The notes under the pieces: generated by a model | Seen by the model: only the letters and a program-made list of their open reading frames with translations | The model's database searches: none | What the model was told of the DNA's origin: nothing | Shown: positions 8,807 through 18,220 of the stretch, piece by piece | How the letters are laid out: every line of letters starts with the position of its first letter | Numbering within the stretch: the stretch's first letter is position 1 | DNA from: a virus | Length of the DNA stretch: 18,787 nt | Virus genome (UHGV): UHGV-0373676 | Reading direction: 5' to 3' (one strand) | Translations under genes and position numbers: made by a program

Positions 8807-10299
8807 TATGCAGACTCCTCTGAATACTGAAGACGGAACTGGTTAACCACGGCAAAGACACGCAACTGGTTAACATAGTCAGGCGGGAACAGCGTGTTCA
8901 GGCGGTTCGGATCGCTGGCATCACGCTCCACAACCAGGTACTGCTTAAACAGTTCGTAGTTTTCCACGATCCCCGCACGCTCAAGCTGACGGTAGGTTGC
9001 CAGCAGTTCCCCTTTGATCACCGCCGGGGTGACAATCGCCTGACCGGGACCAAAGCGGGTACCGTCGCTGGCAAGCTTGTGACGCCCGTACTTACTGGTA
9101 ATGACGGATTTCAGTTTGCGCAGCACATACGCGCTGGTATGCAGCGTCTCGCTGTCGAGGTAGCTGTTATCCGCAACACCGTAAGCGTTTTTCCTGTACG
9201 TGGTGACATCACGCTGAATGCGCAGCACCCCGCTTTCGACATACGCCGTTGCCACGCCATGAGACAGCAGGGTCTGTTGTTCGGTCATCGTGAACCGTTT
9301 CCCCTTCGGCGCAGGCAGCATACCCACCAGCTCACCGGTCTGCGTGGGACGTGCCGGATCGTTGCGAATAAACACCGCTGCGCGGGCGGTACGGCTTGCC
9401 GCCAGCTCGTCGGCAGGCGTCTGGGTCTCTTTTTCGTATCCCGCCAGGGTAATGTGCTGCTGGTTAAACTGGTCACCTGCGGTCACCAGTTCTGACAGCG
9501 TGCCGATCTTTGCCGTATACACATGACCATACAGCTGACGCGCATAGCTCCAGCGACCGCTGGTATCGTTCATCTCGGTCACCAGCGTGTTAACGGAGGC
9601 CGTGTCGTTGAACGGCAGGCCGATATAATCAAACGGCTCATCCGCCATTGCAGCCACCGCGCCGGTGAGAACAGGAGCGCCCGTTCCGGCGGTACCCGTC
9701 GCCACGGCAATCTGTACGCCCGCTGGCAGCACTTCGCCCCCACCAAAGCCGTAGTAATTGAGGCTGACAGGAATTTCATTCCCGCAAAGCCCCTTATGAC
9801 GCGCGGTCAGTGTGACCACGCCTGCCGAAGATGAGGCAGTAAACGGCAGGGTCGGAACGGCATTGATGGCATCTTTGATACTGCTGGCAATCGTCGCGAC
9901 GTTATCGCCGTTGGTCACCGGTGCCTGCACGCGGGTACGTCCCACATAAACATTCACCGTGCCGGTTTCGGTTGCCGCGCCGCTCACCGTCAGCGTAACT
10001 GTTGCCGCCGCGCCCGTGGATTCAGGAACGGCAATCACATACAGTTCACCAAACGGGTCGGTCTGGCGATAAGCCTCGACCATACGCGCCAGCTGACTTC
10101 CCGCACCACAAATCTGGCGTGCATAGTCTGCCGATGGCATCAGCACCAGACTGTTGGCAACAATCTCTGCACCGTTATTGGCATGACCAATCAGCAGCGA
10201 TGCTCCGCTGTCCTGTGCAGTATTCGCCGCCGAGTTATCCATTTCCGCATAAAAAATCGGAACCAGCGTATTCGACGGAATGGTGTTAAAGCTCGTCAT
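8806..10299 (-). CDS. Contractile tail sheath protein (Mu L-like)
   Basis: 497 aa; N-terminus MTSFNTIPSNTLVPIFYAEMDNS typical of myovirus sheath proteins; AAGGTGA Shine-Dalgarno upstream. Confidence 0.9.
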   Translation of the reverse strand: MTSFNTIPSNTLVPIFYAEMDNSAANTAQDSGASLLIGHANNGAEIVANSLVLMPSADYARQICGAGSQLARMVEAYRQTDPFGELYVIAVPESTGAAATVTLTVSGAATETGTVNVYVGRTRVQAPVTNGDNVATIASSIKDAINAVPTLPFTASSSAGVVTLTARHKGLCGNEIPVSLNYYGFGGGEVLPAGVQIAVATGTAGTGAPVLTGAVAAMADEPFDYIGLPFNDTASVNTLVTEMNDTSGRWSYARQLYGHVYTAKIGTLSELVTAGDQFNQQHITLAGYEKETQTPADELAASRTARAAVFIRNDPARPTQTGELVGMLPAPKGKRFTMTEQQTLLSHGVATAYVESGVLRIQRDVTTYRKNAYGVADNSYLDSETLHTSAYVLRKLKSVITSKYGRHKLASDGTRFGPGQAIVTPAVIKGELLATYRQLERAGIVENYELFKQYLVVERDASDPNRLNTLFPPDYVNQLRVFAVVNQFRLQYSEESA

Positions 10300-10453
10300 C
10301 GGTATTCACCTTTTCATTCACGCGCCGGATATCACCCGCTGCTTCACGGCGCAGCCAGTAGTTGTTCTCATCAACATTTCGCCCCTCGGCGGGCAAAAGG
10401 TCGCCGCGGGCAGGGTCAGGAACTGACCGCCCTTTAACAGGTTTCACAAACAT
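10286..10453 (-). CDS. Hypothetical small protein (55 aa) filling the gap upstream of the sheath gene
   Basis: Read by hand (below the ORF-track length cutoff): ATG at 10453, TAA at 10288-10286 overlapping the sheath start by 14 nt; MFVKPVKGRSVPDPARGDLLPAEGRNVDENNYWLRREAAGDIRRVNEKVNTDDEL; no clear Shine-Dalgarno. Confidence 0.25.
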   Translation of the reverse strand: MFVKPVKGRSVPDPARGDLLPAEGRNVDENNYWLRREAAGDIRRVNEKVNTDDEL

Positions 10454-10461
10454 GAAGATTC

Positions 10462-11022
10462 TCAGGAAGGAAGGGTTATTTCGGTGTGATGTTCGATATC
10501 GCCGTCAGGCCCGTTACCGGGATCGAGATAATCAACATCAATCGCCAGCGTTCGCAGTTCATCCAGACTGTTCAGGTCATCCTGCTGGCGGGTATCGTCT
10601 TCGGTCAGCTCGCTGATGACCGAAAAATCGAACTGATAAATCAGCTCATGACGATTCAGATCCAGCAGCGTGCCGCCGTCATAGGTAATCGGGTTACCGC
10701 ACGCTTCCGGGTTCCAGCCCAGCAGAGCCTTAAAGAGCATCTGCCGGACATCGTCCACCACATCATACGAGGCAAACTGACCGCGCTCATCACGCCCGTT
10801 ACTCAGTATGACAACCACGGAGAAGCCCTCTTTCAGCTCCTGCCAGTAGTCGGTCTGGCTTTTGTTTTCTCCCGGAGAGTCATCACCCGGTACCACATAC
10901 GCCGCCGGGAGTCTCAGCTTTCCGACCTCCGGCAGATTTTTGAACTGTGCCGCGCCTGCTACCCGGTTTTCAAAATACGGGCAGCGGGCACGCAGCGCAG
11001 CAATAACAGGCGTCAGTTTCAT
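10462..11022 (-). CDS. Putative tail completion / terminator-like protein; family uncertain
   Basis: 186 aa; position between the head-tail proteins and the sheath; acidic C-terminal half. Confidence 0.45.
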   Translation of the reverse strand: MKLTPVIAALRARCPYFENRVAGAAQFKNLPEVGKLRLPAAYVVPGDDSPGENKSQTDYWQELKEGFSVVVILSNGRDERGQFASYDVVDDVRQMLFKALLGWNPEACGNPITYDGGTLLDLNRHELIYQFDFSVISELTEDDTRQQDDLNSLDELRTLAIDVDYLDPGNGPDGDIEHHTEITLPS

Positions 11023-11525
11023 CTGTGTCGTCGCTCCGGCTTCAGTGATTTACGCAATTCCCGCGCCAGAAAATAGCGTGTCCAGCTGCGGTTCTTTTCA
11101 AGCGTTTCCACCATAAAGTTATTACGTGGAGCCAGCCGCCAGCCGCTGCCACCGGATGCACCACGATGATGACTACGACGACGTTTTGCTCCTCCCCGGA
11201 CACCAAAAAACAGAAACGCCGGATAGAAGTCACCAGAGATCATCCGGTTCCCCTTCCCGTTGCGCTGGTTAGGGGCAATGCGTGTCATAAAACCGGCTCG
11301 CTTTTTACTGGCTCTCGGCACCATGTAACCAATCGAACGAGCCAGGCGTCCGGTCTGATAACCGGGGTTTTCACCCGGTGCCGACCGCGCACGGCGCATC
11401 ACCAGCCGACGGGCATCACGCATATGACGCTGCCCAATCGTGACAAACGCCCGCCGGACACGGGCGCGGTTAAAGCGCATCTCCGCGGGCTGCTGAACAT
11501 CAACGTGAAAAAAGGGAGTCGCCAT
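11019..11525 (-). CDS. Arg-rich head-tail / virion morphogenesis protein, possibly HK97 gp10-family
   Basis: 168 aa, very basic; conserved position between the head-tail joining protein and the tail genes; family assignment from memory is uncertain. Confidence 0.45.
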   Translation of the reverse strand: MATPFFHVDVQQPAEMRFNRARVRRAFVTIGQRHMRDARRLVMRRARSAPGENPGYQTGRLARSIGYMVPRASKKRAGFMTRIAPNQRNGKGNRMISGDFYPAFLFFGVRGGAKRRRSHHRGASGGSGWRLAPRNNFMVETLEKNRSWTRYFLARELRKSLKPERRHR

Positions 11526-11910
11526 TGCTGCCTCCGTGACTCTGCGTAAATTCGCCCAGTTCCGTACACTCCAGCAGCAGAAAGCGCCGCGCCCCGTTCA
11601 GATCGCGCTGACGTTTCACCCGGTACACACTGTCATCACAGACCACCTCATAATCAGCAGTGATCCCCCGGCGGTAGCGAATGGTGATGTAATGGGTGAT
11701 GGCGTCTCCGGTCTGCGCGGTTTCCTGCCAGGTGGTGGCACTGGTCTGGATAACCTTCGCCCATGCCCGGAACGCAACCGGGTATTGAGGCTCCACGCCA
11801 AAGTTATCCGCGGGCATATCCACCCGCTGGCGGATCAGGACGCGTTTATTCAGTTCGCCGGGGTCCGGCAGAATGTAGGTTGCGCTGGTCTGCGCCTGAC
11901 GAATTTTCAT
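11500..11910 (-). CDS. Head-tail joining / head closure protein
   Basis: 136 aa; ATGA stop/start overlap with the preceding connector gene; core ...ITHYITIRYRRGITADYEVV... resembles the head-tail joining family. Confidence 0.55.
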   Translation of the reverse strand: MKIRQAQTSATYILPDPGELNKRVLIRQRVDMPADNFGVEPQYPVAFRAWAKVIQTSATTWQETAQTGDAITHYITIRYRRGITADYEVVCDDSVYRVKRQRDLNGARRFLLLECTELGEFTQSHGGSNGDSLFSR

Positions 11911-12230
11911 AGTGGTATAAGGCGATAAGGAACAACCAACCAGTTAAAACTCATTGGCAACTCCATTTTCTCAACGTCTGTAACCGTTGAGCGGTTTTCG
12001 TAGAAATGGCTGACAAGTAGCAGAAGCGCCAGCTTCACATCATCAGATATCACAAGCCCATCAGGATCATCCGCAGGCCTGTCATCTGCGGTTGCATACA
12101 ACTTACGGTTAAGGAAGTTTTCCGTACGACTCTGAGCGGCCTTACCAAGCAGTTCAAGCAACTCATCTTCATCAGAGAAATCATCATCCAGACGGAGCTG
12201 AAGCTTAATCTCTTCCATTTTTAACAGCAT
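11907..12230 (-). CDS. gp6-like head-tail connector protein
   Basis: 107 aa; first gene after the capsid gene; strong AGGAGG Shine-Dalgarno 6 nt upstream; acidic N-terminus MLLKMEEIKLQLRLDDDFSDEDELL. Confidence 0.6.
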   Translation of the reverse strand: MLLKMEEIKLQLRLDDDFSDEDELLELLGKAAQSRTENFLNRKLYATADDRPADDPDGLVISDDVKLALLLLVSHFYENRSTVTDVEKMELPMSFNWLVVPYRLIPL

Positions 12231-12262
12231 AAAACCTCCTGTGCCCGCCAGAACGCGGGCCC

Positions 12263-12283
12263 AAAAAAAACCGCATTACGCGG
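12263..12283 (-). terminator. Possible weak intrinsic terminator after the major capsid gene
   Basis: Minus-strand hairpin CCGC-GUAAU-GCGG followed by U8; a second 6-bp GC hairpin (12243-12260) lies just downstream. The stem is short, so this could equally be a partial terminator or a stability element. Confidence 0.3.
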
Positions 12284-12309
12284 CGTGCTGTATTACGTAA
12301 AAAGACTAA

Positions 12310-13539
12310 TCAACCACCAACGCTACCTTTCCCCACCAGCGCTTTAATGGCAGAGGTGTCTTCCAGGATACAGTCAAAACGATGGAAGGCCAGAAAACCG
12401 GTCTGATCATATTCCGCGTAACGCTCAACCAGACGTTTAAGAATCATGTATCGCACACGACGGATAATGAAGCGATCAAAGTCACCACAGAACATGAATT
12501 TTTTACCCGCCCCGATATCATCAATTTCCTGATCAATGACATACGGTACATTCAACACTGAAGCAGGTGCCACACCAACAATATCCGGCAACCATAAAGG
12601 GCGTCCCTGACCGTCTTCCATCTCACTGATCAGTTTCAGCGTATTATCGTTAAATGCCAGGCGGAATTTCGGTCCGCGACGATATGCAGGATCAATGCTG
12701 TGTTTCAGAGCCAGAATTTCCTGCCACTTCACCGCATTTGCCGCGGCAGTCTGTGTTGTGCCGGTCACTGATGCTGCCAGCCCTTTGGGTTGTTTAGGCG
12801 TACCAGCCCCCGTCCCCTGAATCAGATAACGGGCTTCACCACGACCAATACGTTCAGCAATGCGACGGGCAAGATAAGCTTCCATATCGATCGCGCTGTC
12901 CTGCAGCAACTCATTAGACACACGAATGATTTTCGATGTCATTTTGAGCGCCCCAAGGCTTCCCATACCGAAATCGGTGTCTTCTTCACCGGCTTCTTCA
13001 TTTTCGCCCAGCAGAACACCAACTTCGGAAGTACCATCAGCTGTTGCCCACTCCATAGTGCGACCGTCAGAAGTGGTCAGAATCTGCGCCACACTGGCGA
13101 TGCCACCGTAGGATTTCATTTTCTCAACAACTTTCGCCAGGAATGTTTCTGGTACGGTATATCCGCCCTTTTCATCCTGAGCTACACCCTGGGCACGAAG
13201 TTCACGCAACGCCTTTCGTTCTTCTGATGTCAGCTCACTGGCACCGTGACGCATCCACTTATCAAAAACCTGAGCTCGTTTCTCATCCTGTTGTGGATTG
13301 TTTTCCGGATCAAGATTCTGACGCTGCTCTTCCTCATTGCTTTCAATGTACGCCTGATCTTGACGACGCAGTTCTTCTTCGCGTGCAATTCGTTCATCAA
13401 GCGCTTCCAGTTCGGATTTTGCTTTGTTCCACTCAGTGCGCTGCTCTTCCGTCCATGCGTTATCACCAATTTTTTCATTCAGGGCGCGCATGTCAGTTGC
13501 GATAGTATTACGTTTCTGTTTCAGTTCATGCAGTTTCAT
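12310..13539 (-). CDS. Major capsid protein, HK97 family, with N-terminal delta (scaffold) domain
   Basis: 409 aa; N-terminal about 100 residues are coiled-coil-like and rich in E, R and K; follows the protease gene; AAGGAAA Shine-Dalgarno. Confidence 0.9.
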   Translation of the reverse strand: MKLHELKQKRNTIATDMRALNEKIGDNAWTEEQRTEWNKAKSELEALDERIAREEELRRQDQAYIESNEEEQRQNLDPENNPQQDEKRAQVFDKWMRHGASELTSEERKALRELRAQGVAQDEKGGYTVPETFLAKVVEKMKSYGGIASVAQILTTSDGRTMEWATADGTSEVGVLLGENEEAGEEDTDFGMGSLGALKMTSKIIRVSNELLQDSAIDMEAYLARRIAERIGRGEARYLIQGTGAGTPKQPKGLAASVTGTTQTAAANAVKWQEILALKHSIDPAYRRGPKFRLAFNDNTLKLISEMEDGQGRPLWLPDIVGVAPASVLNVPYVIDQEIDDIGAGKKFMFCGDFDRFIIRRVRYMILKRLVERYAEYDQTGFLAFHRFDCILEDTSAIKALVGKGSVGG

Positions 13540-13549
13540 GATGTTTCCT

Positions 13550-14152
13550 TTACGCGTTAAGAAGGGTCAGGACGCGTTCACGCGCCATACGTTGATTAAT
13601 GGCTTTCTGTAGCGCGCCGCTGTTGCGCGCCTCCTGCCATGCTTTCATGGAGCGAACAGCCGAGTCAGCCTCCTGATAGGCAGGATATGTCACAGGACTG
13701 ACATCCAGCAGACGGGAAAAGCGGGTTATCTCGCGAATAACAACCCCGTCCTCATCCTGATACCACTCCTCGCCGTCACGGGCGACACGGAAAGCAAAAG
13801 ATGACTGGTTAATATCTCCACGTTGCATCGGGGCCAGCACCAGATCACGAATGGTCTGTGTCTCCGGAGCCTGGATGTCATAGCGCAATCCGCGCTCATC
13901 AACTGAAAGATTCAGCGTGCCTGCTGCACTACGCCCAAGAATAAAATTAGGATCGTGGTTAAACAGTGCGCGTACATCATCACCAAGCACATCGTCAAAA
14001 GCGCCGGGCCGGATGATTTCACGGAATGAACCAAATATCAGCTCAGAACGACAGTCAAACACCGATCCATAACCGATAATGTGCGCAGGGTTATCGTCAT
14101 GCCGCTCAGCACGCACCTCACCGCTGTAACAACGGATTTCACGGTCATTCAT
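13550..14152 (-). CDS. Prohead protease (HK97 family); start moved to the internal ATG at 14152
   Basis: ORF track begins at 14209, but the ATG at 14152 has a GAGGGAAA Shine-Dalgarno and gives MNDREIRCYSGEV..., typical of this family; conserved ...GYGSVFD... motif. Confidence 0.8.
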   Translation of the reverse strand: MNDREIRCYSGEVRAERHDDNPAHIIGYGSVFDCRSELIFGSFREIIRPGAFDDVLGDDVRALFNHDPNFILGRSAAGTLNLSVDERGLRYDIQAPETQTIRDLVLAPMQRGDINQSSFAFRVARDGEEWYQDEDGVVIREITRFSRLLDVSPVTYPAYQEADSAVRSMKAWQEARNSGALQKAINQRMARERVLTLLNA

Positions 14153-15371
14153 TGGTTTTTCCCTCATCATTTTTTGGGGGCTTAAAATCTCCTGCCGGGT
14201 TAGCAGCATTCACGCTTACCAGCATCTCATCCAGCCCTTCAACCGGATTCATATCCTCGAATGCGCGGGCCTCATTACGGCTCATCCATCCATCGGTAAT
14301 AGCGAAGTGATAGAATTGCGCGCGCTCCTGCGGAGTTCCGCGTAAAAGCCCTGTCAGATTGAACCTGACGTAATACCCGGCGGCTAACTCAGCGCGGGTA
14401 AACAAGCGACGGTTAAGCTCCTGCTCCCAGTTCGTCACCCACGGCATCATCGTGTAACGGACAAACTGAATAGCCTGCGCAGAAATATTGGAGAAGGTGG
14501 CTTTTTCGAGGTCATTAATCATGTGCGCAGGAATATTGAAAATACCGGCAATCATTGAACGGTTCAGTTTCATCATGTCAATGATCTGAGCGTCAACTGG
14601 CGACACAGTCAGTGCCTTGTAATCCAGATCGGCTGGCAGCAGCATGGTTTTGTTTTCCTGGCTGCGTAACGCCTGCGATGCCTTCTGCCACTGTTCTTTA
14701 AGCCAGCCCCAGCTGTCCTTATTGAGTCCGCTTTTAACGGATACTATCCCCGCCGGACGGGCATTACCGCTGAAGAAGCTTTCTGTGTATTTCTGACCGC
14801 TCATCCCCATGCCTATTGTTTCGGCATGTTGCATAATCGGACTCAGCCCCATCTTCTGATTATTACCCAGCGCACGGATGTGGATCATATCGTCGGGGCT
14901 GATCGCAAACGCCCCATATTCGTTGTACAAACCGTAGGTGTATCGGCCACCAGTATTCATCAGCGTCGTTTCCCACGGCATACAGCAATCCAGGGATATG
15001 ACTTCACCGCGACGATTACGTTTCACCCAGGTATACCCATTCCCCCAGCCAAGGATGTGACGTTGCTTCAGTTCGCGCCATTTGTAACTGGTTTGCCAGG
15101 TATTGGGCTCATCATGAACCAGATAAAACGCCGGATGATCGCGTGCGGGCTCAACCTTCCCATTGTGCCTGCGCATAACATGCAACGGCATCTGGGCAAG
15201 GCTGGAAGACAGGACATAGATACAGGAATACACCGCAGCCAGTTTCATCGCAGTTTCAGGACTGACATAAACGTCTGCCCGGAACAGCCCATCAGTATCA
15301 ACGGTATCCCCGGTTATCGGGGTGGAAGGATTCTCCAGTGATTTACTTCTGAACAGAGCATCAAGCAGCAC
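14145..15371 (-). CDS. Portal protein (HK97 family), GTG start
   Basis: 408 aa; N-terminus [21 protein letters not shown] typical of portal proteins; start codon is GTG at 15371-15369 with AAGGGGGA upstream. Confidence 0.9.
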   Translation of the reverse strand: MLLDALFRSKSLENPSTPITGDTVDTDGLFRADVYVSPETAMKLAAVYSCIYVLSSSLAQMPLHVMRRHNGKVEPARDHPAFYLVHDEPNTWQTSYKWRELKQRHILGWGNGYTWVKRNRRGEVISLDCCMPWETTLMNTGGRYTYGLYNEYGAFAISPDDMIHIRALGNNQKMGLSPIMQHAETIGMGMSGQKYTESFFSGNARPAGIVSVKSGLNKDSWGWLKEQWQKASQALRSQENKTMLLPADLDYKALTVSPVDAQIIDMMKLNRSMIAGIFNIPAHMINDLEKATFSNISAQAIQFVRYTMMPWVTNWEQELNRRLFTRAELAAGYYVRFNLTGLLRGTPQERAQFYHFAITDGWMSRNEARAFEDMNPVEGLDEMLVSVNAANPAGDFKPPKNDEGKTNE

Positions 15372-15522
15372 GCGTCCCCCTTCTGGCCATAGCCAGTGCG
15401 CCCACCAGCAGTAAACCGCCGGACAGCATCAGAGCCGGAGCCATACCAAACTGCAGGTAAAACCCGCACGTAAGCAGGCCAAAACCAGCCAGCCCGATAA
15501 CATCAGCAATTAGTGATTTCAT
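15361..15522 (-). CDS. Hypothetical small membrane protein (53 aa, two predicted transmembrane helices) between terminase large subunit and portal
   Basis: Read by hand (below the ORF-track cutoff): ATG at 15522-15520 overlaps the terminase stop (ATGA); its TGA at 15363-15361 overlaps the portal GTG start; [53 protein letters not shown]. Confidence 0.4.
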   Translation of the reverse strand: MKSLIADVIGLAGFGLLTCGFYLQFGMAPALMLSGGLLLVGALAMARRGTRAA

Positions 15523-17252
15523 AGAATTAAGAGAGCATCGTCCGGATCAAGAGATGAGAGGAAATCGTCGGGTTCTTTGAGCATTGCCCGACCGATCGCC
15601 ATAATCAGTGCAACCGCACCATCGATTTTGTTTTCCGCCTGCTCCTTGACAGGCTTCACCACATCATCGTTACCCGGAATGGTTTTGCCGACCACGTTGC
15701 CGATACACCAGGTCATGATGGGATTGCCATCATGATGAAAGCGCCCCGATTCAATTGCCGCTTCCAGCTCTTTCATCGGGTCGGACATGTTGGTGTAGTT
15801 CTGAATGATAGTGATGGGGTTCAGGTCTTCATCAGCAAGGTCATGTGACAACCCGGTCGCCCCGAAGGGGTCGATGGGTGACTCACTGACCGGGCTGATT
15901 TTGTTCGCCGCTTTGGCCTCCTCGAGGATGTAGCGATAATCCACCTCCGCACCATCGGTAACGGTCAGAACGCCCATTTCCACCCATTTCTGAAAGCGTT
16001 CGGCTGTCCGTCGATCTTCATTTTTCTCGACGCTGTACACCGTGTCATACGGTACCCAGAAACGCGGGGCCACACTGTAGTAATGCGTTTTACCGTCAAT
16101 CTCGCGGGTATAAAGTCGCGCCATGCTGTTCATATCCAGCTTACGCGCCAGGTCAAAGGCCAGAATGCACGGCTGCCCCTCGAACTGCTCAAGGGTCAGT
16201 GATTTATCCTCGCAGCTCTGCCAGCTCACCAGGTTGAAATACGCCGAACGCGCCGACACCCAGATATTGAGGTGTTTTGTTTTAAAGACGTTTGCCAGAC
16301 GGGCGTTATTTTTCGCACGCTGCTGCTGACTTAACAAAAATTCGCGATAAACCGACACGCCAATATTTGGATTGGCTTTTTCCAGCACCTGCGGGTCGGT
16401 CCAGTCGTCACCTTCATCAACGGTATAGATGATCCCGAACAGTTCATCGTTAGGCACCGAGCCGTTGAGCATCTCGATGACTTCCCGCCGTTTGTCGTAG
16501 CACGGCCCCTCAATGTTGTACCCGGCGGTAGTGATAGCCCACATCAGTGGCTGACGTCGCGCCCCCATCCCGGTAAGCATCGTGGTGTAAAGCGCATCTG
16601 TGGCGTGCTCGTGATATTCATCCACCACGGCACAGTGGGGTGATGAACCATCACCGGGGTTACCGATCAGCGGTTCAAACCGCGCACCATCCTCCGGACG
16701 GTTCATGTTTGAGGCGTTAACCTCAATCCCGAACGCTTCCGTCAGCATGGGTGTGCGTTTACACATCAGTCGCGCCGGGCGAAAGACTTCCCACGCCTGT
16801 TTCTCTGTCGTGGCACCGGAATACACTTCCGCGCCAAACTCGTTATCACAGGCAAAACAATACAGGGCGACACCGGCAGAGATTGCCGATTTGCCGTTCT
16901 TACGGGGGATTTCGGTATATACCTCCCGGAAGCGGCGCAGCCGGGAGCCTTTATTGACCCAGCCAAACGCGCAGCAGATCACAAAGAGCTGCCACGGCTC
17001 CAGCGTGATGGGCATCCGTTTGAATGCCCACTCACCCTTGGTGTGCGGCAACAGCTGAATAAATTTCGCGGCCCGTTCAGCCTGGTCCTTGTCGAAGCGG
17101 TAACGAAACGACTTACTTTTTTCCGCCATCAGGTCATCAAGATGGCGCTGGCAGGCCTGAATCACAAACTGGCAGGCCACAATCTTTCCGCGCACGACAT
17201 CACGGGCATACTGATTGGCTGCATTTACGTTGGGGTAAGATTTCCGGCTCAT
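15519..17252 (-). CDS. Terminase large subunit
   Basis: 577 aa; ATGA overlap with the small-subunit stop; ATPase-like N-terminal region and nuclease-like C-terminal region. Confidence 0.9.
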   Translation of the reverse strand: MSRKSYPNVNAANQYARDVVRGKIVACQFVIQACQRHLDDLMAEKSKSFRYRFDKDQAERAAKFIQLLPHTKGEWAFKRMPITLEPWQLFVICCAFGWVNKGSRLRRFREVYTEIPRKNGKSAISAGVALYCFACDNEFGAEVYSGATTEKQAWEVFRPARLMCKRTPMLTEAFGIEVNASNMNRPEDGARFEPLIGNPGDGSSPHCAVVDEYHEHATDALYTTMLTGMGARRQPLMWAITTAGYNIEGPCYDKRREVIEMLNGSVPNDELFGIIYTVDEGDDWTDPQVLEKANPNIGVSVYREFLLSQQQRAKNNARLANVFKTKHLNIWVSARSAYFNLVSWQSCEDKSLTLEQFEGQPCILAFDLARKLDMNSMARLYTREIDGKTHYYSVAPRFWVPYDTVYSVEKNEDRRTAERFQKWVEMGVLTVTDGAEVDYRYILEEAKAANKISPVSESPIDPFGATGLSHDLADEDLNPITIIQNYTNMSDPMKELEAAIESGRFHHDGNPIMTWCIGNVVGKTIPGNDDVVKPVKEQAENKIDGAVALIMAIGRAMLKEPDDFLSSLDPDDALLIL

Positions 17253-17743
17253 GATTCGATAATTTTCAGAAACGGGTTAGTGGCTTTCTTCTGCCCCGCC
17301 AGGCCAATCAGACGCTGGCGGCTGCTGGGGTCGAGTCCGAGCATTGCCCCCGTGCTGCTCATCTCGGACTCCTGTTCTTTCTTGGCGGTCAGCTCCGGAT
17401 TTTTGACCATACCGCCCATTGCACCGGTGATGGTGTTGCCCTGGCTGGCAATATTTTTCACGGCACGTCGCCAGAACTCATAGGCTACGCACCACCGCTC
17501 AAGCACCGCGAGGTCAGTCACGCACAGCAGGCCCTGACCGCAGAGTTCTTTGGTTGTCAGTTGCCACATGATCGTGGCGAGAGGGAGATTTTCTTCTGCG
17601 AACCACTCCGGTGGCTCAACGCCTTTGATGGGCGTAAAAACAGGTTCATCTTTGTTCAGGGCTCGCTTGCCGGGGTTTCCGGCCAGCGCCTTGCGCGCCG
17701 TTGGCTTGGGGCGACGCCCGGAACGCCCCGCCGTTCCAGCCAT
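17249..17743 (-). CDS. Terminase small subunit (P27-family-like); start moved to the ATG at 17743
   Basis: The ORF-track start at 17752 is a GTG; the ATG at 17743 has an AGGAG 9 nt upstream and gives [18 protein letters not shown], typical of the family. Confidence 0.8.
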   Translation of the reverse strand: MAGTAGRSGRRPKPTARKALAGNPGKRALNKDEPVFTPIKGVEPPEWFAEENLPLATIMWQLTTKELCGQGLLCVTDLAVLERWCVAYEFWRRAVKNIASQGNTITGAMGGMVKNPELTAKKEQESEMSSTGAMLGLDPSSRQRLIGLAGQKKATNPFLKIIES

Positions 17744-17793
17744 ATGCGGCACTCCTGGTTAAATTTCATTTTTCGCGGGTATAAAAAAACGAT

Positions 17794-17842
17794 GGGGCGG
17801 GCAGTCCGGAAGACGTCAGGTCACAGGGATTTGACCCGCCCC
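17794..17842. other. GC-rich symmetric element GGGGCGGG-N33-CCCGCCCC between the HNH and terminase small-subunit genes; candidate cos / packaging site
   Basis: Perfect 8-bp inverted arms at 17794-17801 and 17835-17842 with nested GGTCA/TGACC symmetry inside; GC-rich motif loosely reminiscent of lambdoid cohesive-end sequences; position matches cos in HNH-terminase phages. Confidence 0.3.
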
Positions 17843-17869
17843 TCCCCCACAGACAGTTGAGAATTATTA

Positions 17870-18220
17870 TCACTTTAACCGTTCACGGGCCGTCTTCGCC
17901 TTATGACACGGCCAGCACAGACTCTGCAGATTACTGTCTGCATCAGTGCCGCCATGCGCTTTAGGGATGATGTGGTCAACGGTTTTCGCCTCACGCACCA
18001 CACCGGCACGCAGACATAACTGACACAGGCCTTTGTCACGCTTCAGTACACGTTCACGGATAGCATCCCATTTCGAACCGTAGCCGCGCTGATGACGGGA
18101 TTGTCCTGGCTTGTATTGCTTCCAGCCTTCGCTTTTGTGGCTTTCGCAGTAGCCTGACGGGTCTGTGGTGGTATGGCGGCAGCCACGAACACGGCAGGCT
18201 TTTGGGATTCGTGATGGCAT
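17870..18220 (-). CDS. HNH endonuclease (terminase-associated); start moved to the ATG at 18220
   Basis: 116 aa from MPSRIPKACRVRGCRHTT; GGAG 7 nt upstream; motifs CRVRGC, DHIIPKAHGG and CWPCH are typical of phage HNH nucleases. Confidence 0.8.
   Translation of the reverse strand: MPSRIPKACRVRGCRHTTTDPSGYCESHKSEGWKQYKPGQSRHQRGYGSKWDAIRERVLKRDKGLCQLCLRAGVVREAKTVDHIIPKAHGGTDADSNLQSLCWPCHKAKTARERLK

Noticed and set aside
10486-11076. Plus-strand ORF of 196 aa
   Set aside because: Antisense to two well-supported minus-strand structural genes that are coupled to their neighbours; no independent support.
14826-15341. Plus-strand ORF of 171 aa
   Set aside because: Antisense to the portal gene, which has a clear family signature and coupled stop/start codons.
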